Source of the DNA: Anthoceros angustus
Lineage: Eukaryota; Plantae; Anthocerotophyta
DNA: 64,000 bases
Reading direction: 5' to 3'
NCBI GenBank assembly: GCA_010909165.1
Contig: MU008166.1
Span: forward strand, 1,426,001-1,490,000
The position numbers and the translations under genes are program-made. How positions within the stretch are numbered: position 1 is the stretch's first letter; each line of letters starts with the position of its first letter. Positions 35,981-48,017 of the stretch are shown in pieces. A model generated the notes under the pieces. The model made no database searches. It worked only from the letters and a program-made list of their open reading frames with translations, and was not told the DNA's origin.

Positions 35981-37330
35981 TACCAAACTATTGAACGCCA
36001 AGAAGAGGTGGCAAGAAGGATGGATGGCGATATTATGGAGATCTGAGAAAGGAATGTTTATTGTGACACCGCGAGGGTGACACACAATAGGGCGTGGTAG
36101 CGAAGGTTGTAAGTGTGCACCTTGGGGCCATCGAACCGTATTTGCTTGTGCAGGTGGCGAATCGAGCACACGGATGCTTATGAGGGCAAGTATGTTGGAG
36201 AATTTTTCAAAGGAGAATGACAATGGACCACCCGCCAAAAGGTCGAAAGGGAAAGGGCCCCAACATCCAAAAGGTTTTGTAAAAACCATTATTATATACT
36301 ACGGGTTTCACTCACTTCGAAACATCACGCAGCAGATAAGAAAGCTATAAAGGAAAAGTTGAGTGCGCCCGTCCTCACATTCAACCAAACACGGATGAGG
36401 CAATGGAGAGTGATGAAGATGGAGATGAGGCCTGTGGACGGGACGAGGGTCTCGATTCAGGCGAAGAGTAATGACATGTGCTAAGCTACTGAAATAACAA
36501 GGGAACCTTATGTTTATCCCTAATTTCTCTTCATGGCATAGGGTTTGAAATTCGGACACCAGAGGTGTCGGACATAAGTTTCATGTTCTTGTCATACATT
36601 GTTTTTAAGACATGCAAGACCACCATGCCGTCGATGAGTACATCTTAAATGTCACCTTGTAGCGTCTACCATGTTTTGGCATGCTGCAATACACTGGCGC
36701 AATACATTTCTTGATTACACAATTGCACTAGTCATAAACATTTGCCGTTATAGACAGTAACCGGTGACGGCGGACATGGACTGCTTGTGCTCCACTTTCC
36801 ACCCTCTAGACGCCATATGCTCCCATCGTGTTCGCTTTTCCGCCATCGTATACATACATCCGCTTCATGCGCCGCTGTCAGAGCTCGGTAAAAGACGCCG
36901 ATGCCGCCCATGCCACACCCAACAATCGCCAGATACATTTTCGATATGACAACCTCTACAAAACCCATACCATAGTTGTCTCCATGTGTCTCCATGTGAT
37001 TTTAAATGCGTGATTTCTGTTCTTGGCCACAATGATTGCAACACAAGCCACCGAAACTCGAACGACCTTTTTTCCCCGCAATGAGGGGAGAGAACATGGG
37101 TACTTTTCTCAAACGCATGATAAGCCGTAGAGAGCACCGCTTTTCCGTAATCAGTTGGCACAATCGTGTCTCGACGGTGATTTTCACCCTTATTTTACAT
37201 CGTTTTACGCCTAATCCCAAACATGCCGTTTTGATAACCATCTTAAACCCGGATCCACGTATATAGACCCCTGCAGCCGCTTCATGTATATTCAGCCGCT
37301 TCAAATATTATGCTGTTAAAGGTCTGCAAA

Positions 37331-38080
37331 TGTAACGTGGCATCAACCCCAAAAGAAAGATCCCTTTACGTGAATGGCAACCCCCCCTCTTATACTACGT
37401 CCTGAGGGAGTGCCTTGATTACACTCCTAATTCGGCCTTATGGCCAGCTCACTATGCACGCGCAAGTGGCCGTCCACTTCCGGCGTGGTCCTATCTACGT
37501 CTACGATGGTGGGGCTGTTGTTGACTACGATTAACTCCTAGTGCTGGCAGGCCAATACCCAGCTTTGGCGCCTGAGGAGCACCCAATCGGATGATCCTTG
37601 ACCCCCGGAGTCCCACAGAGGCTCTTCCCCTACCTCTAACCCTATCAGGCTGCGCCACTGGGGGAGGACTGACAACTGCTGTTACTATTAAATCCTCCTC
37701 CTCGCTGTCCCCCGGTGCGCTGGTGGGACCGCGTCCCTCAAGTCCGTCCGGAGCCCGTTCTTCATGGGCTGGTTGAGCCTGACCTCCGACCATACCCGCC
37801 TCTACCTCCAAGGTCCGAACTACTGGGTTCGTTCCCTCTCCCTGAGTCCAGACCTCTGGGTCCGTCCTCTCCTCCTAAGTCCGGACCGCTGGGTCCGTCC
37901 TCTCCTTCGGAGTCCGGACCGCTGGATTCGTCCTCTCCTCCAGAGTCCGGTCTATTGGACTCGAGACCTCCTCAGGCCTCCGGACTTCCAAGTCCGGAGC
38001 CTCCCCCGATGGCCTGTCTTCCTCGCCTGGACCTGCTTCCTGGGTTCCACTATTCCTCTGCGTCATCTCCACCTCTATTA
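37331..38080 (-). mobile_element. Fragment of an LTR related to the large gypsy LTRs, including a 33-bp tandem array (37840-38000)
   Basis: Shares cacccaatcggatgatcc and gagtccggacc-type repeats with 44940-45360 and with the reverse complement of the LTRs at ~16370 and ~26170. Confidence 0.5.
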
Positions 38081-38848
38081 ACTGCACAACATGATTTCCA
38101 CCTCCACATGATGGACGTAAAGACAGCTTATCTATATGGCCGTCTACAAGAAGAAATCTATATGAGACAACTCGAGGGTTATGAGGTTCAAGGCAAGGAA
38201 GACTGGGTATGCAAACTTATTAAATGTATTTATGGTTTAAAACAATCTGGAAAAAGAATGGAATGTAACCATACATGATAAGCTAGTAAAACAAGGTTTT
38301 AGAAGAAGCAAAGCCGACGCTAGCATGTACATTATGATATCAGGAGGTGATATACTTTACTTGCTACTTTACGTTGATGATTTATTCATGTCTTCATCAT
38401 TAGCTTCACTTCTAGCAAAGATTAAAGCTTGGTTAAGAGGTCATTTTGAGATGAATGATCTTGGAGAAATGACCTATGCTCTTGGAGTAAATATTATTCG
38501 AGATAGAATTAATAACACTTTAAGTATTGTTCAAACCAAGTATATAAATGAAAGCTTAGTTAAGTTCGGACTTGATGATGCAAAACCTGCCCTTACTCCC
38601 TTTGCTAGCGACATACGACTCACCTCAGCTATGAGTCCAAAGACACATGCGGAAAAACAAGAGATGTCGGCAGTTCCATATAGGCCTGTAGTCGGCACCT
38701 TAATATATTTAAGTAATTTCAAAAGACCAGACATATCTTTTGAAGTAAGCGCCAGCTCACAATTCTTGGAGAATCCTAGACGTGAGCACTAGATGTCAGT
38801 AAAGCGCATCTTTAGATACATCAAGGGTCTCATGAATACTGGACTTAT

Positions 38849-41694
38849 TGTAAACGATCTGGATTTCGAAACTCCCTGTTGGATTGTGTCTTTGAGTGAT
38901 TTTTTGTTTTTTTCTACTAAGTTTGGTGTCAAAACGAGCTAGGTTGTCAGTAGGAAGGGATATTTATACTAGAAAGTGTCCTTGACCTATGAGTTTTGGG
39001 TTGTTTCACAGGTTGAATAATAATCGGTCCTTAGACTATGAACTCGATACTCCTTGGCCTTTGGTCTCGGAATATCTAATAGAAAGTCTATATATGTGGG
39101 AGGGTCCCCATATTTGGCGTGAGGTCCGTAGGCTAGAGGTCGAACCAGGCCAGTTGAACTGGTGTGGTCGCCGATCGTGGGGACTATGTTTGAAGGCGGT
39201 TGGCCGCGGCGAGGCGGTCGTGGAAGGAAGGAGCGGTCGGAAGAAGAAGTGGTAGCGGAAGCCGGTTGGCGGTCGTAGAGTTTCCGGGGAAATATAACCC
39301 TAAGGGAACTCGGAAAGGCACGAGGCGCGCGGCTGGGTAGCTCGACGATCCCCGACTGGCACGAGCTCGCACGAGGCATAAAGGGCGTGCCACAGTGGCG
39401 GCGGAGCTCGCGATTCCTGGAAGGAAGAAACCCTGTGGGGACTCACCAAGTTGGAGATTCTGAGGCGAGTTATCAGCAATTTGAGGCTAAGGCGTTTTTT
39501 GCGGGAGCATGGCACCCAAGGTTGCAGCAGAATTTTGACCTTAATGGCCAAATATGGACCATTGGAGGTCCGAGGTGGAGGATTGGTGAGGGAGCTGGGA
39601 CTTGGGATCATGGAAAAACAGGGAGAGTTTATGGGAGGATTTTCCAGATCAGAACGGGAAGGAGGACCCATAACCAAGCAAGAAAGGACGAAGGGCCAGG
39701 ACCAAATCGGAGGGGAGTGCGGAGATAACATGGGCAGGGAGTAGTGGCATCCTAGGAATAGAACTTTGGATAGGATGCCATCTTGGACCTAAGGCCGTCC
39801 AAAATTGTAGGGGCGCCTTCGCTCACCGCTTTTAGGACTCGGAAAGTCCGGTGGCTATGGCGCCCAAAGAATTGTATAAAGGGGCTTGGTTGTGCCCCTC
39901 ACATCGGATAACTCTGGTTGAGATCCCCACGCCTGCTGGTTGGAGATCCGATTGATGAGGTGGTGTGCGATGAGATGCTCCTAGGGGTGGTGAGAGCTTG
40001 CTCCGCAACCTGGGGAGGAGGTGATAGAGCAATCTTGGCGACAAAGGAGGAGGAAACCAAGGGATTGGCGCGGGCGGGTCTCGGAGCTTGCGTGAACGCT
40101 TTGGACGCCTGGGGTTCTTCTTTCCTTCACCCTTGTTCTGTTAGTTGTGTTCAAATTGAGAGAGAAGTGTTGAGTGGATGGTTGGAAGCTGCGAATTGAG
40201 GAGAGAGAGAGAGAGAGAGAAGATTGGGTGAAGGTGATTGAACAACTGCGATCGAGGTGTAAGAGGAGTTGAGAAGGGAACTAATTGAGAGACTAACATT
40301 GAGATTTGTGTGGATCCAAAAGAATCAAACCGGCACTTGGTGGAAGTGTGCACAAGAGGAAACATTCCTTGTAAAATTGTGTGAGTGTGGCGCCCTTTGT
40401 GTGTGTGTGTGGGCGGTGAGGGAGGCTGGGACTTGGGATCATGGAAAAGCAGTGGAGAGTTTATGGGAGGATTTTCCGGATCGACGAGGAAGGAGGACCC
40501 CACAGCAAAGGCGAAGGGCGGCGACCAAATCGGAGGGGTGCGGAGATAACATGGGCGGGGAGTAGTGGCATCCTAGGAATAGAACTTTGGATAGGATGCC
40601 ATCTTGGACCTAAGGCCGTCCAAAATTGTAGGCGCCTCTTGGCGTTCGTTTTAGGACACAGGAAAGTCGGTGGCTATGCGACAATTGTATAAAGGGGCTT
40701 GGTTGTGCCCCTCACATCGATAACTCTGGTTGAGATCCCCACGCACTGTGGCTGGTTGGAGAGATTGAGAGGTGGTGTGCGCGAGGCGCTCCTAGGGGTG
40801 GTCGAGCTTGCTCCTCCAGGGGAGGAGGGTGATAGAGCAATCTTGACAAGGAGGAGGAGGAAACCAAGGGATTGGCGCGGGCGGGTGCAGAGCTTGCTCG
40901 CCTGTTGGCCTTGGGGGTTCTTCTTTCCTTCACCCTTGTTCTGTTAGTTGTGTTCGAAATTGAGAGAGAAGTGTTGAGTGGATGGTTGGAAGCTTGGGGC
41001 GGTGAGGAGAGAGAGAGAGAGAGAGAAGATTGGGTGAAGGTGATTGAACATGTCACAGCGATCACGAGGTGTAAGAGGAGTTGAGAAGGGAACTAATTGA
41101 GAGACTAGTGGAGATTTGTGTGGATCCAAAAGAATCCAAACCGGTCTTGTTGGTGGAAGTGTGCACAAGAGAAAGCATTCCTTGTGGAATTGTGTGAGTG
41201 TGGCGCCCTTTGTGTGTGTGAGCGGTGAGGATTTGTGGAACTTTGGTCCCTAGGAATCGGTGTGTGTGTGCATGAAGTGTGGAGTGCAGAATAAAGTCCG
41301 ATCAGGCACGCGGTAGACGCCTGGCGAGATCCGGCGGCGTCTTGGAATAAGTCGCTAGGGTTTGGCGTGGGACCCACCTCGGTAGTCAAGCAACTACCGG
41401 TAGTGGTGAGAGCCACCGCGGTCGTGGAATAAGATTTTGCAGTCGTGGAATAAGATTAAGTGGTTGTGGAATAAGATCTGTGGTAGTTAGACAAGTCGGG
41501 AGGTAGTAGTAGTTGAGTAGATAGGTAAGAGGAGTAATAGCAGGTAAGTCTAGACTTAGGTGAAGGTCAGTAGCGATAGAAGTTAGCGTCTCTTGGCACA
41601 AACCATTCCCTTGGGAGCGAATCCTAAGCCTACAACGACATTGAGGGTGAATGTGGACCTCACGGTGTCCCTAGACACAAATTCACACTCCACA
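38849..41694. mobile_element. Solo LTR (2846 bp, TG...CA) with a 5-bp TSD (CTTAT), inserted in copia pol
   Basis: cttat|TGTAAACG ... CTCCACA|cttat, with TSD copies at 38844-38848 and 41695-41699. Copia pol motifs resume after the insert. Confidence 0.9.
39586..41229. repeat. Tandem duplication of a ~830-bp unit inside the solo LTR; each copy has a (GA)n tract
   Basis: Units start gtgaggga(g)gctgggacttgggatcatggaaaa at 39586 and 40416 and are colinear through ggcgccctttgtgtgtg. Confidence 0.9.
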
Positions 41695-43226
41695 CTTATG
41701 TATAGACATACACTAGGTATTCAGAAACATCTCTTAACAGCCTATGCTGATGCCGATTATGCTGGCGATCCCGAGACAAGGAAATTAGTATCAGGTTACA
41801 TACTCATCTTAGGCAAAGCTCCTATCTCCTAGTCAAGAAAGAAGCAACCTACCATTGCCCTGTCCAGTACCGAGTCAGAGTTTAGAGTCCTGATTTCAGC
41901 TGCTAAGAACATAGTATGGAGTAGGTTAGCTTTATGTGAATTAAACCATCCGCAAAAAAATCCCACAATTTTGTTGAGTGATAGTCAGGGAGCAATAGCC
42001 TTAGCTCGTAACCTTGTTTTTCACTTCAGAACTAAGCATATAGTAGTTGAATACCATTATATTAGAGAGGTATTAGAAAATAAGACTATAGACATTCATT
42101 ATATCCATACTCATGAAAACCCAGCTGATTTATTAACAAAATCCTTTGGTCGGGATTTACACAATAAACATATGAAATGTCTGGGTATTTTAGACGTCAA
42201 GTCCAAACACCTTAAGTTAAGATATAAACATAGGTATTTAGGGGGGAGACTTAAGATAACCTTTTATCCTAGCCCCAAGTTTGGTTCATGAATTCAAGTT
42301 CCTCTTCAATTTCTAACTGCTGCTCATAACAAGCTTTTGCTTCCACTTCAAGCCCAAATGGAACCTATGCTCATAGCATGAAGTTCAAGTATTAATTTAT
42401 ATATATAATAATATATAGCTAGAAACTTAGGTTACAATAATTAATCAACCTAATGCTTAGGCACTTACTATAAGTGTGCCTGGTGTGACCCTCAAATTCT
42501 TTGCAAGGTTCACATCCAATCCAAACCATGTGCAGCCCAGTTTTTGAGCATACATAGGTTTGAGGAACACAGGCGTCATCCTCCTCACCGGGACAAACCA
42601 AGTATGTCAAGTTTGACAAGTTACCAATGGGTAAGGACCTTTTTGGGATGTTGTAACCTACATATGTAATAGGTTTAGTAGGAACTGCAACATTCACATA
42701 AGTAGTCCCTGTGCACTTGTCCGCAAGTTTAGGTTGAGCTGCCATACATGAAAAAAATTTTATTCTCAAATCATAAAAAAAAGGGAAACATCGGTCATAG
42801 GGAAAATATCATGTGATTCACCTATCTCCGGGTACAGTTTCCCCTTCCCTTTCCTATCCACCACTAAGTCATTATCTAGGCTGATTGGCTTACCTACATC
42901 CACCACACATACCACAAGCAACTTGTTAGTATACTGTCACCTTGTCATATCAGTGTCAAGTCTTTAGACTGCATACTTGTACCTCCATCAGCACCCTTTT
43001 CAGAGGTATGATTTGCCGTCATAGGACCAATCCTCAAGACACGACTTCGCCAACTTGGGCTGCCCTCACAGACAATAGTGTTAGCTTCTTAGATGTTTTC
43101 AATAGCGATCTTTGGCACTTTAGTAGCAGATGGTCTCTCTTTTCGAAGAACACATGTACATCACAGCAACATTATGTTTCCTAACAGGCTATGTGCAAGA
43201 GGTTGTTTTGCTGATAGCTTAAGACA

Positions 43227-44166
43227 TCAAGAGCTACCTTGCGTAGACTTCGAGGAATTCTCGTCAAGTGCATCCCAGTTCCTAGTTTCAATTGAAGATG
43301 ATAGATTTACAATATGAACAGGCACACTTGGAGGCAGGTCATCCACTAGCGACTCGTTCCTTAGGTTATCTCTGACATGTGCCAACTTATGGTTAGCAAG
43401 CTCCTCTCTTCCGGCTGATCCTGCAAACGAGAAAGGCTGATCTGGTGTTGTTGCTAGGCGCGCGCGGATCCTCTCCTTCATAGTCATAGCCGCGCTCTTC
43501 TCTTTTATGCCCATGGCAACAGGCACAGACCCTTTCCTGTTGATTGAAAACCAGCGCGAGGTGGAAATCTTCCTGGCCCGTTTATGGGCATTTGCAGACT
43601 TTTGGGCTGGATGCTGTGACCACACCGGACACGCGCGCCTCACACGCATGCTACAACCCAACGGCGTCTCAGATAACTGTGTTGCTGCAAAACACGTGAC
43701 TTTGTGTCTTCTCTTGTGGCTGTTTTGCTGAGCTATGGCTGCAGCAAGGCGGGATGCTTCATCCTTCTGTTTTTTCCAGGTTGTGCGCATACACAAGGGC
43801 GCCTGGGAGCGAACTTCAGATGTTGCAACAAGGGCAACAGGTGCCCGCGACGTGTGGGTGTCCTGAGCAGCTGTGGAAATAGGCCCGACCTCCGGGTCGT
43901 TTTCTCTAACCTCTGCAGGTGCGGGCGCAGGCACAGGCGCAGATGCGGCATGGGCAAATCGCCCACGCGCGTCTCGCGTCTCTGTTCCCATGAGGAGTGC
44001 GGGCGACGCGGTGGCGATGGCCAATCCCCAACAGACTGCACGGATTCCCTCGAAGATGCCTCTGATGCCATCGCTGAACCTGCACAAACGGCTTTGAAGA
44101 TGGCTGCCGCTAGGAAACGAGAAACCACAATCACAGAGAACCTGTTTTTGGTATCCGTAGATAATA
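43227..44166 (-). other. Unassigned open reading frame of ~310 codons, probably a transposon-derived fragment
   Basis: Stop-free frame (track 43227..44228) abutting the LTR end. No motif confidently recognised. Confidence 0.3.
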
Positions 44167-45122
44167 TGCTGGCGACTTTCGACGGCCACGCGCATAATCC
44201 CCGTGTCCAGTAAGGAGTCCGCTCCCAAGAGAATGATAGGCTCCGTTTGCCATGTTTCAATCGTTTCTCACCTCAACGTCGTGACCGTTTCAGAGCCAAA
44301 CAAACGCGTTCACCGTTTTACGACTAACTACTCGTATCGTCACCGATCAGGCCCGGTGTGGCCAAATGTTTAAGGACACGTTCGCGTGCGTATCATTCCA
44401 GTCCGTCACTCGTTCGTCTAGTCCGTTCTCCTCACCATTCTCACTACGATCATCGTTCTTTGGAGAAAAGGCGGGTGGCTGCGTGGTCCGAACCTCCTCC
44501 GCCGTTTTGCCGGGCCTCTCCGTCGGGCTACCTGCGCCCTCGAGTCCCTCCGGCTCACGTGTTCGGTCAGCGTCGGTCATTGCTGCAGACGAGCAAGGGT
44601 CTCCGATCATTCGCCTGCACACCACCACACGTTAGGGTCCGTCACGGACACTGGATCGATCTCTTGAACGCCGTGCACCTTTCGATGACTCGAGGTCTCC
44701 GTTAGCAAGAAGGCGCACAAAGGTGCCGGAAGGCGTGGTTTCTACCAAGAAAGATACTTTACTAGAGCGCCTCGGCCCTCGCCCATACCAAGGTCGGCGT
44801 CTTTATTACCTAATAGGCGATGGCTCGGTGTCCTAATCGGCCGCCTACTATTTCCCTTATTCGCCTTTATCTCGCCATCGGGCGGTAGGGGTTGCTCACC
44901 GCTTCGCCTTGGCGGCTGGCCCAAGCCTAGCCACGACAATGCGGTGCACCCAATCGGATGATCCGGTGCCCTTCCAAGACTGCATCGGTGAGCCACCGTG
45001 GCGGCTCAGCCAATCACCACCAAGTCCTCCTCCCCTCCTCTCTTTTCGCTGGTCGGCCCTTGCTCGTGAGGCCTTACGAAGATAGCTGTCAGGAGGTGAT
45101 TGGTGACCCCCTTATGTTCCCT

Positions 45123-45357
45123 AAGTCTGGACCTCAAGGTCCACCCTCGATTCTGGAGTCCGGACCTCGGGGTCCAGACTTCTCTCCGGAGTCCGGACCT
45201 CAGGGTCCGGTCTTCTCTCCGGAGTCCGGACCTCAGGGTCCGGTCTTCTCTCCGGAGTCCAAACCTCAGGGTCCGGTCTTCTCTCCGGAGTCCGGACCTC
45301 AGGGTCCAGACTTCTCTCCGGGGTCCGGACCTCAGGGTCCGGTCTTCTCTCCGGAGT
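45123..45357. repeat. 33-bp tandem minisatellite, about 7 copies
   Basis: Unit ctccggagtccggacctcagggtccggtcttct, which gives 11-aa repeats in the open frames. Confidence 0.93.
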
Positions 45358-48017
45358 TTGCCTGCCCGGTGGACTCCCCAAAGGTTCATCCTCACCCACC
45401 GGCCCCTCTCTTTGGTCCAGGGTTCCCGGACCCATTCCTTCTATGGCCTCCCCAGGGCCCTCCTCCCTTCCTACCGTGGCGGGGTGCGGAGTGCTTACCT
45501 CAGCAAACCTCCCCTCAAGGCCCCGGCCTCCAGCTCCCTCCTGTCACGTGTCAGGCGCTCCTAGGGTCCCGGTTGCCGTATTGTCTCCGGGGCCTTCCTC
45601 CCTCGCTCCTCCTTTTGACCCGTCTGGGGGTCCGTCCATCTGCCGAGGGTGGCGCAAGACTTCTAGCGCCTTGAGGAGCTCCGCATGGTAGTAGGCAAAG
45701 TCTGAATCGACTGCTGAATTGCCTCCTCCACATGGGCCCGAGCACGGTCTCCCTCCTCAGGTGCTCGAATGGGTGTGTCCTAGCTGACCGCCTCTCGCCC
45801 GCCAAAGCTTGTCATCAAGCCGGCACTCCTTGAGGCCGCCAAGGCCGCCGACACCTCTGTAGCCTTTGCACGGCCGCTCGTGCTCCTCCTCCTCCGTCCG
45901 TTGTAGCTCGCCGGCCATGGAGCTCCGCTCCCCTCCGCCTTCCGCCAATCGGACAAGCGGCCGCTCTTCTCCAGCCCTCGCCTCCGCTTCATCCTTGCCC
46001 AAAGGTCCGCCATCTCCCTCTGTGCGGTCCAGATCTCCGCCGGCTCTGGCTTCCTCCAACTCCTTCACGGCGACGTCCAACTCCTTGGATCGCCAACTCT
46101 CTGATCCTCAAACAGCCGGAGCCGCCCTATCTCAGCTTCGTGGTTCGCAATTACTCGGAGGCTCCATGCCGCTCAATCGTGTCTTGGGTAGCCTGTGGTT
46201 TCTTGCGTCCTCCATTTCCCCCGCCGCCTCCGCTTTCCCGCATGGCTAGGTCAGGAGATCCTCCACCTTCCTATCAGCTGGCCTCCTTTTCCGCCTCAGC
46301 CTTGCTTGCTCGCTCCGCTAGCGTTGCTCGCCTTGAGATTGGCCGTGGCCGTGCTGCGCTTCCTCCACTGCCCCTGGGTGAGTGGTCTCGGTCGGTTTTG
46401 GCGGCCGGCTTGCCCGCGCCTTTCACCAGCTTCCCGGGCTTGGTGGCACTCGACGAGCTGCTCGACGAGGTCTCGGGGCCTTCTCCGCTTGCCTTGGGCC
46501 TCCTCCGACTCCTTCTACGCTACCTCCTCCACTCTTGCAGGTCTTACCCGTGCTTGGGCCTCTCACAGGCGCTCACTGCTCGCCACCAAGGATCTGGCTG
46601 GTCCTGGACTGTCTCTCTCCGCCGGCTACCTCCTCCACTCTTGCAGTGACTCGCCTTCTTTTGACCCCTTGGGCCGCCTCTGCACCGCCTGAGTTCCACC
46701 ATTCTTCGCGCCTCACTTCTTGGGTCTTCTCGCCCGCGAGAAAAAGCCTCCGGTCCATGACGGTAGCCAAAACTCGTCGTGTTTCTTCCACGCCGTTCTT
46801 TTGAGGAGATACCGGGAAGTCCACTGTGGGAGTAGGCATCTCCCGATCCGTCAAGGATTATCTGCACCTGAGGAGGCCCGGGACCGGGCTCTCCGGACTC
46901 AATCAGACCCTCGGGTCCCGAGAGGCCTTTGGGGAGCCTCTACTTCTTGGCCCGCGAGCTCCTTCTCCTCTCTCCTCACTTTGGGGCTCGGAGGTGAAGG
47001 TGGTCGGAGCCGGCCCTCTGCCCCTCCCATCGGAGACAAGACGGGGCTCGGAGCTGCCCCTCCTCCTTGGGCGGCGTCCTTTCCGCCTCTTCAGACGCCT
47101 TGCCTCGCCACCGTCAGAGGAAGGGAACAAGGGGTCCGGGCGCCGCGTTGGTAGGCGCTACCTTCCGCCTCTTCGTTTCCCTTGAGTCCGGGCTCGAACC
47201 GGGCGTCGTTGTTGGTCGCCGGCCTCGGAGTTGCGACCACCGCCTCGCCCGTGGTCGCCTCTTCTGCCGGTTGCTCCATGGGGTACCAGTGGGAGAGGAA
47301 TGTCCTCCACACTTCCACACAGGTGGCGAGGGGTCCGTTCAGGGCGGAGTCTGGAATCCTCGATCGTCCTCCTCCGGACCCGCTTGCTCCGGACCGACGG
47401 AGACCCCGACCTCTGCGCTCTTCCTTCTCTCTCGCCTCGGTAGGGCGGCCAGCCCTTCCGTAGTGCCTCCTCTTCCTCCTCCTTGGGAGGTTCATGTGCC
47501 CCATGAATGAGGAGCATGAGTACCAGGGGGTAGGCTTCTCGCCCGCCCGGGCCTCCCGTTGATCCGGCGAAGATTATCCTCACCTATCGGCTTCCCTCTC
47601 AGAGGTCGTGGAGGAACACTAACTGATTATCCCCAAGGTGGTCCACCTTGGTGAGCATATTCAGGTGGACAATAATCGCCATCGATCGCCTCCCCCTGGA
47701 GGTCCGACATCAGCCACCCGTTGGAGGATCGCCGGAGGGTGGAAGGCGGCCACTGTGAACAGCGATCCTCCAAGGGGCCGCCCGCCGCTTCCACCTTCCC
47801 CTTCACCTTCAGGGGCTCCACTACTCCTCCCACTTCCTCCACTGGGCGGTTGTAGATCGCCTCGACCTCCACAGTCCACCTCACAGGGGTCCTCCCGCAG
47901 TTCTTGGATCGGACCTCCTTGTTGGCCGCCAACATCTCGCATACTCCGGACTAAGGTGACACCGTTGGTCCGACAGCCTGAAAATGTCCGGTGCTATTCC
48001 TCCACCATGGAACGCAG

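Larger units (their letters stand above)
38080..42250 (+). mobile_element. Ty1/copia pol remnant (RT and RNase H) interrupted by a solo LTR
   Basis: RT motifs MDVKTAYLYG, CIYGLKQSG, LLYVDDL and RPDISF. RNase H motifs AYADADYAGD, SDSQGAI, RTKHI and ENPADLLTK. PPT aggggggag at ~42240. Contains stops and frameshifts. Confidence 0.92.

Noticed and set aside
36600-37000. Possible SET-like start (GMGGIGVF...YVYDGG) on the - strand within the transposon segment
   Set aside because: The match is too short, and no downstream NHS/ELxxDY motifs were recognisable.
45123-45357. 33-bp repeats, and the 48235-48455 palindromes, as a CRISPR array
   Set aside because: There are no unique spacers of constant length and no cas genes, and the context is a eukaryotic LTR.
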